From the NCBI GenBank assembly GCA_052168235.1, contig JBQLZK010000012.1:1-64000 (forward strand): a stretch of 64,000 nucleotides of DNA, in the 5' to 3' direction. This DNA comes from Thainema sp. (GTDB lineage Bacteria > Cyanobacteriota > Cyanobacteriia > Phormidesmidales > Phormidesmidaceae). A program made the position numbers and the translations under genes. Shown here one piece after another: positions 46,474-55,500 of this stretch (the stretch's first letter is position 1; each line of letters begins with the position of its first letter). The notes beneath the pieces were generated by a model that saw nothing but the letters and a program-made list of their open reading frames with translations, did not search any database and was not told where the DNA came from.

Positions 46474-47032
46474 GCAAGTCGTCAACATCAGTGCGATTGT
46501 CCAACACTACATCGGCCTGATCCATCTTCTGCTCAATTGGCATTTGGCTCTGAATCCGCGACGTGGCCTGCTCCTGAGAAAGTTGATCTCGCTCCATTAA
46601 CCGCTGGATCTGCTGGCTGCGATCGCACATTACCACCCAAATTTCCGTTACCAAATGGGTCAAGTTGGCTTCAAACAGCAGCGGAATCGACATGACGATG
46701 GCGGGTTGATCGGTCAAATCCTGGGCATCCTGCAACATGCGATCGCGCACGTAGGGATGAATCTGCTGCTCCAGCCAGCGGCGCTCGTCCGGCTGCTGAA
46801 ATACGATATCCCCCAATTGCCGCCGATCTAAACTGCCGTCTGGCTGAAGGATATCCTCACCATAGCGCTGGGCAATCTGCTGCAAAATGGGTGATCCAAC
46901 TTCAACCGCTTGCCGCGCGTAGAGATCGGCATCCAGCACGGGTAGATGATACTGGCCGGCCAAATAGTTGGAGACGGTACTTTTGCCCATCCCCACGCCC
47001 CCCGTCAATCCAATGATCCGCTGACTTGTCAT
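46442..47032 (-). CDS. coaE: Dephospho-CoA kinase
   Basis: IIGLTGGVGMGKST, DADLYAR, LDRRQLG, IHPYV, IPLLFE, SQMP. Confidence 0.95.
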   Translation of the reverse strand: MTSQRIIGLTGGVGMGKSTVSNYLAGQYHLPVLDADLYARQAVEVGSPILQQIAQRYGEDILQPDGSLDRRQLGDIVFQQPDERRWLEQQIHPYVRDRMLQDAQDLTDQPAIVMSIPLLFEANLTHLVTEIWVVMCDRSQQIQRLMERDQLSQEQATSRIQSQMPIEQKMDQADVVLDNRTDVDDLLKQIDAAIAS

Positions 47033-47066
47033 TTCAACTACTAGTCTGCCAACTGTATTTTGATGG

Positions 47067-47117
47067 GTTGTGATGGTTGATGGGCCGCGCGAAGCGCGGC
47101 CCATCAACCATCACAAC
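47067..47117. repeat. Perfect hairpin, 24-bp arms, GAA loop
   Basis: GTTGTGATGGTTGATGGGCCGCGC GAA GCGCGGCCCATCAACCATCACAAC. Confidence 0.9.
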
Positions 47118-47132
47118 TTATTGGGCATAGTA

Positions 47133-47510
47133 CTACTTCTGGTGAAACCGTCGATACAGCATGGCCTGAATGGGTTGACCATCCCGCAAATGACGTTGAA
47201 CAATGGCAGGCACTTCTGCGACCTGCACCCGTTCGTACCAAATTTGATCCGGCAGCACCAGTACCATTGGCCCGCTGCCGCACTGTCCCAAACAGCGGCG
47301 ACCTTCGAGTTCAACATCAACGTCGGCATCTGCGATCGCAGTTTCAAATGCCTTGAGAACATTGGCTGACCCAGCTTTGCGGCAGGCGGTATTTTGACAG
47401 ACGATTACTAGTTGCTTGTTGCGATCGCAGTTGGGATTGGAATTAGAGTTGCAGGTGGAACTGCGATCGCGGTCTGTCTCGCGTTGGCTGAATGGCTCAG
47501 CAGCAGCCAT
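47133..47510 (-). CDS. Thioredoxin-like [2Fe-2S] ferredoxin
   Basis: VCQNTACRKAGS...CLGQCGSGPMV...WY. Confidence 0.88.
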   Translation of the reverse strand: MAAAEPFSQRETDRDRSSTCNSNSNPNCDRNKQLVIVCQNTACRKAGSANVLKAFETAIADADVDVELEGRRCLGQCGSGPMVLVLPDQIWYERVQVAEVPAIVQRHLRDGQPIQAMLYRRFHQK

Positions 47511-47554
47511 AACTATGCGCCTCAAAATTCAGCATTATTGGTCAGCACTAGAAC

Positions 47555-47666
47555 TGTGAATCAAATACGTTCGATATCAAGTAGGGGCGGGTTCAGCAGG
47601 CCAATCTACACCGTGTCCTAGAGTTGACGGCAAAAAACGCCCCTACAGTTGGCGGATTGATTAAAT
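47555..47666. repeat. REP-like GTAG doublet element, copy 2 (inverted relative to copy 1)
   Basis: GTTCGATATCAAGTAGGGGCGGGTT...GAGTTGACGGCAAAAAACGCCCCTACAG. Confidence 0.8.
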
Positions 47667-48665
47667 TCACTTGATATACGCTCGACCAATTTCGGGCACT
47701 TCTAAATTGCGGGATGCCAGCCACTCGGCGCTATATAAGCGGGACTGGTAGCGACCGCCCCCGTCACACAGCACGGTCACAATCGTATGTCCCGGCCCCA
47801 TTTGCTTGGCGAGTTCAACCGCTGCGCCAACATTAATCCCGACCGAACCGCCCATGAACAAGCCCTCTTCATACAGCAGCCGATAGATCACCTCTAAAGC
47901 CATTGGGTCATCAACTTGAATGGCATCGTCGATCGGAACGCCTTCCATGTTGGCCGTAATCCGGCTGTTGCCAATTCCTTCCGTGACGGAGCTGCCTTCG
48001 GTGGAAATTTCCCCGGTTTTGACGTAGCTGTAGAGACCGCTGCCCATCGGGTCGGCCACCACGCAGCAAATATTGGGGTTCTTCTCTTTCAGAAACAGGG
48101 ACACTCCGGCATAGGTGCCACCCGTTCCTGTTGCAGCAACCCAGCCGTCAACTTTTCCGTCGGTTTGCTGCCAAATTTCCGGCCCAGTGGTGGCGTAGTG
48201 GGCTTGGCGATTAGCCAGATTATCGAACTGGTTGGCCCAAATGGCGTTTTCCATTTCCTCGGCCAGGCGACCGGACACCTTCACATAGTTATTCGGGTCG
48301 CGATAGGGCACCGCAGGCACGGTTTTTACTTCTGCCCCCAGGGTTCGCAGCATGTCAATTTTTTCCTGAGACTGGGTTTCAGGAATCACGATCATGCAGC
48401 GATAGCCTTTGGCATTACAAATATGGGCCAGGCCAATCCCGGTGTTCCCTGCCGTGCCTTCCACCACCGTGCCACCGGGCTTGAGCAATCCCTTTTCTTC
48501 GGCATCTTGAATGATAAACAGCGCGGCCCGATCCTTGACTGAGCCGCCAGGATTAAGAAACTCGGCCTTTCCTAAAATTTCGCACCCCGTTTCCTCGCTA
48601 TACCGATTGAGGCGAATGAGCGGGGTGTTGCCGACTGTGCCAACGAAACCGTCCGTGATCTGCAT
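47667..48665 (-). CDS. cysK: Cysteine synthase (O-acetylserine thiol-lyase)
   Basis: GNTPLIRL, KAEFLNPGGSVKDR, TAGNTG, NQFDN, GTGGT, EGIG. Confidence 0.93.
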   Translation of the reverse strand: MQITDGFVGTVGNTPLIRLNRYSEETGCEILGKAEFLNPGGSVKDRAALFIIQDAEEKGLLKPGGTVVEGTAGNTGIGLAHICNAKGYRCMIVIPETQSQEKIDMLRTLGAEVKTVPAVPYRDPNNYVKVSGRLAEEMENAIWANQFDNLANRQAHYATTGPEIWQQTDGKVDGWVAATGTGGTYAGVSLFLKEKNPNICCVVADPMGSGLYSYVKTGEISTEGSSVTEGIGNSRITANMEGVPIDDAIQVDDPMALEVIYRLLYEEGLFMGGSVGINVGAAVELAKQMGPGHTIVTVLCDGGGRYQSRLYSAEWLASRNLEVPEIGRAYIK

Positions 48666-48703
48666 TACTCAAGCACTATTGATGGACTACGACGTTAAGT
48701 GTT

Positions 48704-48804
48704 CTCACATCTTGCATCAAAACCCAGGAGGATTATTTTGCCGCCGCATCGCGGCGGCAAAATAATCGTTTTGGGTTCTCGATTAGCAAGGTGCAAGATA
48801 TGAG
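48704..48804. mobile_element. MITE-like element with TIRs and central 17-bp hairpin (ATC loop)
   Basis: CTCACATCTTGCA ... TGCAAGATATGAG enclosing GATTATTTTGCCGCCGC ATC GCGGCGGCAAAATAATC. Confidence 0.65.
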
Positions 48805-49008
48805 TATTCGAGCGATCGCACCTAACTATAAGTTTGCGACCTGCTCAGCGTTCCCTTCCTATCCTAAAGGCAAATTGAGCAAGGGATAACGCCATCCGGT
48901 TTTGATTGTACTGATATCTGGCATTGAGCAAAACCAAAACCCGGAGAGACGCCTGCCTCTCCGGGTTTTGCCAAGTGTTGTTGTAATTGATTGGGGTACA
49001 GTTAGCAG

Positions 49009-51132
49009 TTATGCAATGGAACTTGCTTGGGGTTGATGAATTAACGGAATATTCAGCTTAAAGGTGGTTTCCCACAGGTCATCTGTGATGACAGTACTCT
49101 CGACGGTAATTTTGCCGTTTAGCTGCTGTACTAAACAATGCACCAGCGCTAATCCTAATCCCGTACCTTGAATCGCCTGCTTCAGCGCCGCCTGTCCCCG
49201 TCGAAATTTTTCAAATACGTAGGGCAATTCTTCGGCTGGGATACCCGTCCCTCGGTTGGTCAGCGTCAAATTCATCACGGCTACATCATCAATTGAGATG
49301 GGCTGGATTTGCAAATAAATGGCTTGTCCCCGCTGGGAATACTTGCTGGCGTTGGTCAGTAGCTCTCGCAGGACGCGGTGCAGGCTGGTGACATCGGTTC
49401 TCATCACCAGCGGCTGCTCCGGCAAATCGACCTGTAGCTCAACGTTTTTGGTATCCCATAGGGGACGATTGGCCCGGATAATGTCCTGAACGTAGGCATT
49501 CAAATTAATTTCTTGCAGCTCAGCCTGGAGCGGCTGCGATTCGATACTCTGAAGCGCCAACAGGTCATTGATCAGGTCAGTTTCCTGGGAACACTGCTGC
49601 TCCAAGATATCCAAATACGCCTGTCGGCGTTCCGGCGGCAGGTCAGTTTGGCGCAGCATCCGAGCAGCCAGACGCATACTGGTCAGCGGTGTCAGCAACT
49701 CATGACTAATCGTACTGAGAAAGTCGTCTTTCAACTGGTTTAGACGGCGCAGTTGATCAATTTGGCGGCGGGTTTGCTCATAAAGCTTACCCTGCACTTC
49801 AATGCTTCGTTCCAGTTGGGCCGTGCGCTTTTCGACCATTGACTGGACTTGGCGCAGGGTTTGCACCTGCAAAATGGCTCCACTGAGTTGAGTGGCTACC
49901 GTTTCAACCAGCGCACATTCGTCATCGTGCCAAGACCGCGCTCCTAAATCGTGTAGGACAATAAAGCCCAGGATCTTGCCCCGATTCTCAATCGGCGTGA
50001 TCAGTAAGGCACTGTCCATCTGGTCTTGATACCAGTGCTGAAAATATAAATCCTCGACTGGATTGAGCTGAACCGTTTGGTCAGCAGGCTGAGCCTGAAG
50101 TTCGGTAGCAGAATGACTGGCTAGATGAGCAGACTGGATGGGGGTAGCCTGTCGCGACTGCACAGCTAACGACCGAGGCGCAACTTGAATCGCTTGCTGA
50201 ATAATGTTGCACTTCGACACCGGAAACATTGGCGAGTTGTAGCCACTTGCGGTTCGGGCAGCGTTAGGGGGAATAGGGTTTGATGAAGATGAATAAGTAG
50301 CCTCAGCCGACCAGGTATGAGCCAGCCGAAACCGAATATTCGTGAAATCAGAGAGGGACTGCTGGAGCACGGGCTGGGAGTATTTCAACAGCAAAATTGA
50401 AGCGTGCTGAAGCGCAAGACTCTGTCCCAAGCCATCCAGTGCGATCGCAAAAATATGATCAATTTCAGTGGTATTACTGATACTCTGCGCCAGTTGATAA
50501 ACCAGTTGCTGCTGGTGGATTCGCTGTTCGCAGGTTCTCTGGTTGAGCAACTGAGTCAGAGTGGCTACCGTGGGCACTAGCAATTCCTGGGCTTGCTTTA
50601 GCTCAGCTTGGCTCCAATTGCTTGGAGTAGAGCGAACCAGGATAAACTGCGCCTGCCTAGTGGGTGTAATCTGAACTGGAGCTGAAAGCGCGATCGCAGT
50701 TGAGGCCGATGTATTCATGAAAACATCAGCATCGAGTTGACAACTGCTTAACGTGATCTCAAAGTTTGCTACGTCTGAATATGAAATACTGGGTGAAGCG
50801 GCTTGTCCCCGCGCAATTTCAGGATTTGAGGCACTGCCTGATGCGTTATTTGATCTGCCGATCTGACCGATCATTTGCCGTACCATTGCCAAGCCTGCAA
50901 CAATAGATGCGTCAGGTATGTCATCCACCTTCCTATCGGTAGTTGAATGCCATTGAACACAGCGTTGAGATGGCGGTGAAGTTGTCAGATGCTGGGAGTC
51001 TTCTAAAACCACATAGACAGATTGTACCCGCAGTGCTTGGCCGAGTAGCGCAACAGCGGGTTGAATGGATTGCAAATTTTGACCCGCTGCAACAGTCTTC
51101 ATTGGCCAAGATAAAGGGGATGGAATGAACAT
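49009..51132 (-). CDS. GAF-domain sensor histidine kinase
   Basis: GAF-like segments, DFLSTISHELLTPL H-box, ELLTNASKY, FEKF, GTGLGL. Confidence 0.9.
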   Translation of the reverse strand: MFIPSPLSWPMKTVAAGQNLQSIQPAVALLGQALRVQSVYVVLEDSQHLTTSPPSQRCVQWHSTTDRKVDDIPDASIVAGLAMVRQMIGQIGRSNNASGSASNPEIARGQAASPSISYSDVANFEITLSSCQLDADVFMNTSASTAIALSAPVQITPTRQAQFILVRSTPSNWSQAELKQAQELLVPTVATLTQLLNQRTCEQRIHQQQLVYQLAQSISNTTEIDHIFAIALDGLGQSLALQHASILLLKYSQPVLQQSLSDFTNIRFRLAHTWSAEATYSSSSNPIPPNAARTASGYNSPMFPVSKCNIIQQAIQVAPRSLAVQSRQATPIQSAHLASHSATELQAQPADQTVQLNPVEDLYFQHWYQDQMDSALLITPIENRGKILGFIVLHDLGARSWHDDECALVETVATQLSGAILQVQTLRQVQSMVEKRTAQLERSIEVQGKLYEQTRRQIDQLRRLNQLKDDFLSTISHELLTPLTSMRLAARMLRQTDLPPERRQAYLDILEQQCSQETDLINDLLALQSIESQPLQAELQEINLNAYVQDIIRANRPLWDTKNVELQVDLPEQPLVMRTDVTSLHRVLRELLTNASKYSQRGQAIYLQIQPISIDDVAVMNLTLTNRGTGIPAEELPYVFEKFRRGQAALKQAIQGTGLGLALVHCLVQQLNGKITVESTVITDDLWETTFKLNIPLIHQPQASSIA

Positions 51133-51384
51133 GGGGCACCGATACGCTTGAATTCAGATGCCTAGCTGTGGCTAGAAACGCCACAGGCCACATACTGTCT
51201 ACAGACTACTATTCCCAAGTTGGCTTCGATATCCGTGTTTTCCCTAGATATCAGTACTCTTATCAACAAACTCTTGCTAAAGATAGAGTCTCATTTATGA
51301 GACGACCAACAAAAGTAAATTTTTTACGACGAAGTAATAAAGAATGTACTGATTCAGCTAGATGCTGCTGTCGAGTACCCGTCG

Positions 51385-51567
51385 CTAATGCCGCTTTCTA
51401 GCTTTCCAGGTGCCGCCATAGGTGTAATGCGGGTTGTGATGACGGACATCGGGCCAACAGCGATCGCAGATGAATTTCCATTCGCCTGTCTCGTCGATTT
51501 GCACTCGATACAGAATCAACCCTGGCTGATAACAGCGATCGCACATTTTTTCTCGAATTCGTCCCAT
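51385..51567 (-). CDS. Small Cys4 (zinc-ribbon-like) hypothetical protein
   Basis: MGRIREKMCDRC...FICDRCW...YTYGGTWKA; GAGGTG RBS. Confidence 0.7.
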   Translation of the reverse strand: MGRIREKMCDRCYQPGLILYRVQIDETGEWKFICDRCWPDVRHHNPHYTYGGTWKARKRH

Positions 51568-51672
51568 GTCTATCACCTCTCAGCACCTCTCAGGGCATTC
51601 CAGTCAGTCTCAGTTAAGCGCGGATGTCATCTCAATCACAGTCTGTGTATTCTAGAAGACTAAGATGAGCAT

Positions 51673-51762
51673 TAGACTTTATTGGAAATAAAGTTTTTGG
51701 GGTTGGAAATTGTTTTGTAGCGCGGCGAAGCCGCGCTACAAAACAATTTCCGATAAAGTCTA
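51673..51762. mobile_element. TA-bounded MITE-like element with 22-bp GAA-loop hairpin
   Basis: TAGACTTTATTGGAAAT ... ATTTCCGATAAAGTCTA (1 mismatch) with GGAAATTGTTTTGTAGCGCGGC GAA GCCGCGCTACAAAACAATTTCC. Confidence 0.65.
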
Positions 51763-51789
51763 TTGATTTGCATTGGCTAAAGATTTGCA

Positions 51790-52509
51790 TTGGGTAAAGA
51801 TGTGAGGCGACATAGCAAGCAGAGACTGGAGCAAACTGTACTGCCACCGTTGGAATCAGCAACGGAACCATCATCAACTTCTTTGATGAAGTCGTTTTGG
51901 CTGATGGTAGGAGCATTTCTATTGAGCTTCGAGATTGCTCGTCTGCTGATGCCCAACCTGCGCGAGACGTTTTGGCTGTCACCAGCAGAGGGACAACTGA
52001 TTGAAGTGCTGGCGATGGTGCTCTATGCCGTTGGCTTTGGTTGGGGGGTGCGATCGCTGTTGCGTTTGCCCAAAGCAGCCCGCTGGCGCTATTTGCCTAT
52101 TCCTATTCTAAGTTTTTTGGGCTTTTGGGATGAGCTGAGCTTTACTGAAAGCGTATTACGGATTCCGGCAATGGACATTTACGGCGTCCGCTTTGATGCA
52201 CTGCACGATGTGCTTGAAATTGCCTATGTCGCGAGCCAGGAATATCGTTGGATTGCCCATAGTGCAGCGGGTCTAGCCCTAGCAGGCTTAGCCTTAATTG
52301 CGCTCAGGCATCGGCAGATCTGGCGCTTTTTAGTTCGCTATCCGGCCTATCGGTTTATTGCGATCGCGGCTGTGCTGTTAATTATCCCTATGATTATTGA
52401 CGTGATGTTTCCGCTCAATGCCGCTGTCAATCATTTTGAGGAACTACTGGAAACGAGCGCAGCACTGGCGTTTGTGTTTGCGGCTGCGAGTTACGGCGTT
52501 CACCGCTAA
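51790..52509 (+). CDS. Hypothetical multi-pass membrane protein
   Basis: About 6 hydrophobic helices, EGQLIE, WDELSF, DALHD, FEELLE; start uncertain. Confidence 0.65.
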   Translation: MGKDVRRHSKQRLEQTVLPPLESATEPSSTSLMKSFWLMVGAFLLSFEIARLLMPNLRETFWLSPAEGQLIEVLAMVLYAVGFGWGVRSLLRLPKAARWRYLPIPILSFLGFWDELSFTESVLRIPAMDIYGVRFDALHDVLEIAYVASQEYRWIAHSAAGLALAGLALIALRHRQIWRFLVRYPAYRFIAIAAVLLIIPMIIDVMFPLNAAVNHFEELLETSAALAFVFAAASYGVHR

Positions 52510-52514
52510 TGTTG

Positions 52515-55500
52515 CTACCAAGGGCTACCCACCAAGGTAAAGGCTGACCAGTAAAACGGATGCGATAAATCGGAATTACCGACACTCTCTTGACCCTCCT
52601 GCCTATCGAGCGGTGGCGAAAAGCCGAATTCCTGGGCTTCCTCAATTGTCCTCTCGTCTATCTGCACTTGGCCTTGCAGCATCGCGATCTGGGTTTGGCG
52701 GAGCGCTTCTGCTTTGATGGGTGAGGTTTGCAGCTGATTGTAAAACTCTGTCATTAAAGCCAGTGTTCCCTCGTCGCTGACGTACCAAAGGCTAGCAAGG
52801 GCCGATTTGACTCCCGCCTGGAGCGCTAGCCCTGCAAAACCCAGTTCAGCATCTTCATTGCCAATAGCCGTGCGACAAGCGCTGAGCACCAAGAGTTCAA
52901 CGGGTGGCTCATTTAAGCCCAGTTCTCGGAGTTCACTGAGTTTGAGCCGCTGGTCATTAAACTGAATAAACGAATTGCTGGGATCACCAGGCAGAAATTC
53001 GGCGTGACTGGCAATGTGAATAATGCCAAATGGCGTTATTTGCCGTTCCTTTTTCAAGTTATCGATGGTGAACGCCTCGTCTACTAGCGTTTCACCTGTC
53101 CACGTGTCGCCGATGGCCGCGAGTTCAACGGGGACAGCAGGCAAAGCCGGTAAATCCTTGAATTTATCAGTGCCCATTGCCAATACTTGACTGTTACGCA
53201 CATCTTCATAGCGTGTGTCGATGAGATTCAGGCTCGGCATTAGCCCTAAACTGTACTGCTCAATCAAAAATTGCTGACCATCATATAGGGCTGCGACGGG
53301 TAGCGATCGCAACTTGGAGGGCATGATGAAGGCAATATTTTCAACTTCCTGAGCGACCAAATCAGCTTGTAGTGTGCCGATGATCCACTGATAAAGCTGC
53401 TGAGCAGACTGACGATAAGCCGTGGATTGAATGAGGCGCGGATCGGTCAGTTGAGTTTGTAAATCAACGGCTGCGGCTTCTACCTGTTGACGAGTGATGC
53501 CTGGAACCCGACGGCGCACGGGAGGCTGATTGGCAGTCACCAACAGCAGTTCGAGTTCATCGGTAGGCTGAGGTGCCAGATCGAATGCAATGCCGCGAGA
53601 CTGGTCTGAACGATTTAAATAGTTGGCAATTTCCTGAGAAGCCGTTGCTTCCAACTCCGAAAATCCTGGATTGACTGCTAAGGTTGCGGGCAAATAGTTG
53701 ACATAGATCAGCGCGGGCTCGATGCCCGTTTTGTCGGCGATATCCTGTAAGACTGCTTGAGCTTCATCAATGGTAATCGGCGGTAGCACCTCGCCTCCCG
53801 AAGGATTTTCATCGACATCTAAGGGCGGTTCCCCTCCGCAGAATGGTGGACACACCGGATCTTGAAACGTGATGTCTTCGGGTTCGGGTTTCGGTTCAGG
53901 GTTCGGGTTTGGGTTTGGGTTCGGGTTTGGTTCGGGTATTTCTCCAGTTTGGAAGGTGATGGTAACAGCTGCCGAATCTGCTAAACCATCATTCACAACC
54001 AGCGTGAATGCATCAATCGCCGTTGTGGCTGTCCCAGCAGGCACATAGATTAGCGTTTCGCTCTCGGTGACTGTATCACCTGCTAGCACGGGCGTAACAC
54101 CATCCGCTCGGAAGAGTTCACCGTCCAAAATGCTGTCAATCTGATATGTCAAGTTGTCGGCGTTGCTGTCGCCAGTAGCGGGAGTAAAACTCGCAATCGT
54201 GAACAAGATAGGGGCATTGGTTGGCGAGGACAGACTATTTGTTGTTGTACTGAGATTGGGAGCAATGTTATTAAATGTGATGCTGATGGTGCCATTGGTA
54301 GCCGTTTCTGTTCCCGCATTTGGGAATGTGGCTAGAGGTGCGATCGCATCTGCATTGGTGACGATATCACCTGCGGTTCCATTGGTTGACGCATCACCGA
54401 CTGTAAACGGCACGTTATCCGGGCCACCGTCATGGGTAATGGCAACAGTGCCGCCTGCTGTTGAACCTTCAGCATTAATCGTTCTGCCTAGCAGATCTTG
54501 CCCTGTCCCTTGTACCGTGCCGTCACTTGCGGTAACGGTAACGTTATTGGCGATGCCAGGGCCAGCAAGAGAGCTTGCGCTGGTATCAATCCGAGTAAAT
54601 TGAATGTTGCTTTGCCCCGGCGTTGCGCCAGCGATTAGTTGCACTTCTCCTGCCTGAGCGGTTGACGCTGGAGTTGTTGCGGTCGCGATCACATTGGCTG
54701 CTGTAATACTTTGTCCGGCTTGGACAGTGATGTCACCTGCGATCGCATTCAAAGTAGACTCAACACCTGGTACAAAACCAGGATTCATTTCAGCGGATGT
54801 ATCCAAGTCACCAACCGTAACCGAACCCGCCGATGAAATAATTTGAATCTCTCCACCCTGGGAAAAAATGCCAAAGTCGATTTGAGGATCTGAGACCACC
54901 AGTGTTGTGATTGCTCCATTCGCCGTGATGTCACCACTGGCCTGTAGGGTTACGTCTCCACCTTCGCCGCCATAGGCATTTAAGGAAGAAGTATCAATGG
55001 CAGCCACTTCGATTGCGCCGCTTGGGGCCAGAATCGTAACATCACCGCTGGTATCTGGCCCAAACTCCGAATCGGTGCCAGTGAGAATGGTGCCGCCGAT
55101 GTCTACATTTCCGCGCGCATCGACCACCACATCACCACCATATCCACCAAACGGCGATGATGTATCGATGGTGCCGCCAACGGTGATATTACCGCCAGCG
55201 ACGGCATTGGGGGCATATTGAGTCGTTAAGAAAACCTCAGTGAGATTATTGGGGCTAAACGGAGCAACCTGAATATTGCCGCCAATCGTGATGTTGGCTG
55301 CTGTTGGTGCAGCGGTTAGGACAGGATTCCCAGGCGTAAAGCCGGAACCGGGTGGTGGAATAAGGGGCGCACCTCCTATTGCTGTTGTACCAGCCCGAAT
55401 ATCCAGTGTTGGCACACTGGCACCATCAATGTTAATTGCCGTGCCGTTGGACAAGCCAATATTGTTTTCAGTAATTGAATCGACTGCATCCGGTGCATTA

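Noticed and set aside
47033..47107. N-terminal extension of CoaE in the ORF track (also long starts for the TRAP protein, cofG, GATase and hetR)
   Set aside because: Upstream in-frame alternative starts running through repeats or intergenic DNA; family-typical starts lie downstream
53880..53940. Hexamer tandem repeat and IPEP motif as a PEP-CTERM signal
   Set aside because: Encodes an internal Pro-Asn/Pro-Glu linker about 450 aa from the C-terminus, with no following TM helix or basic tail
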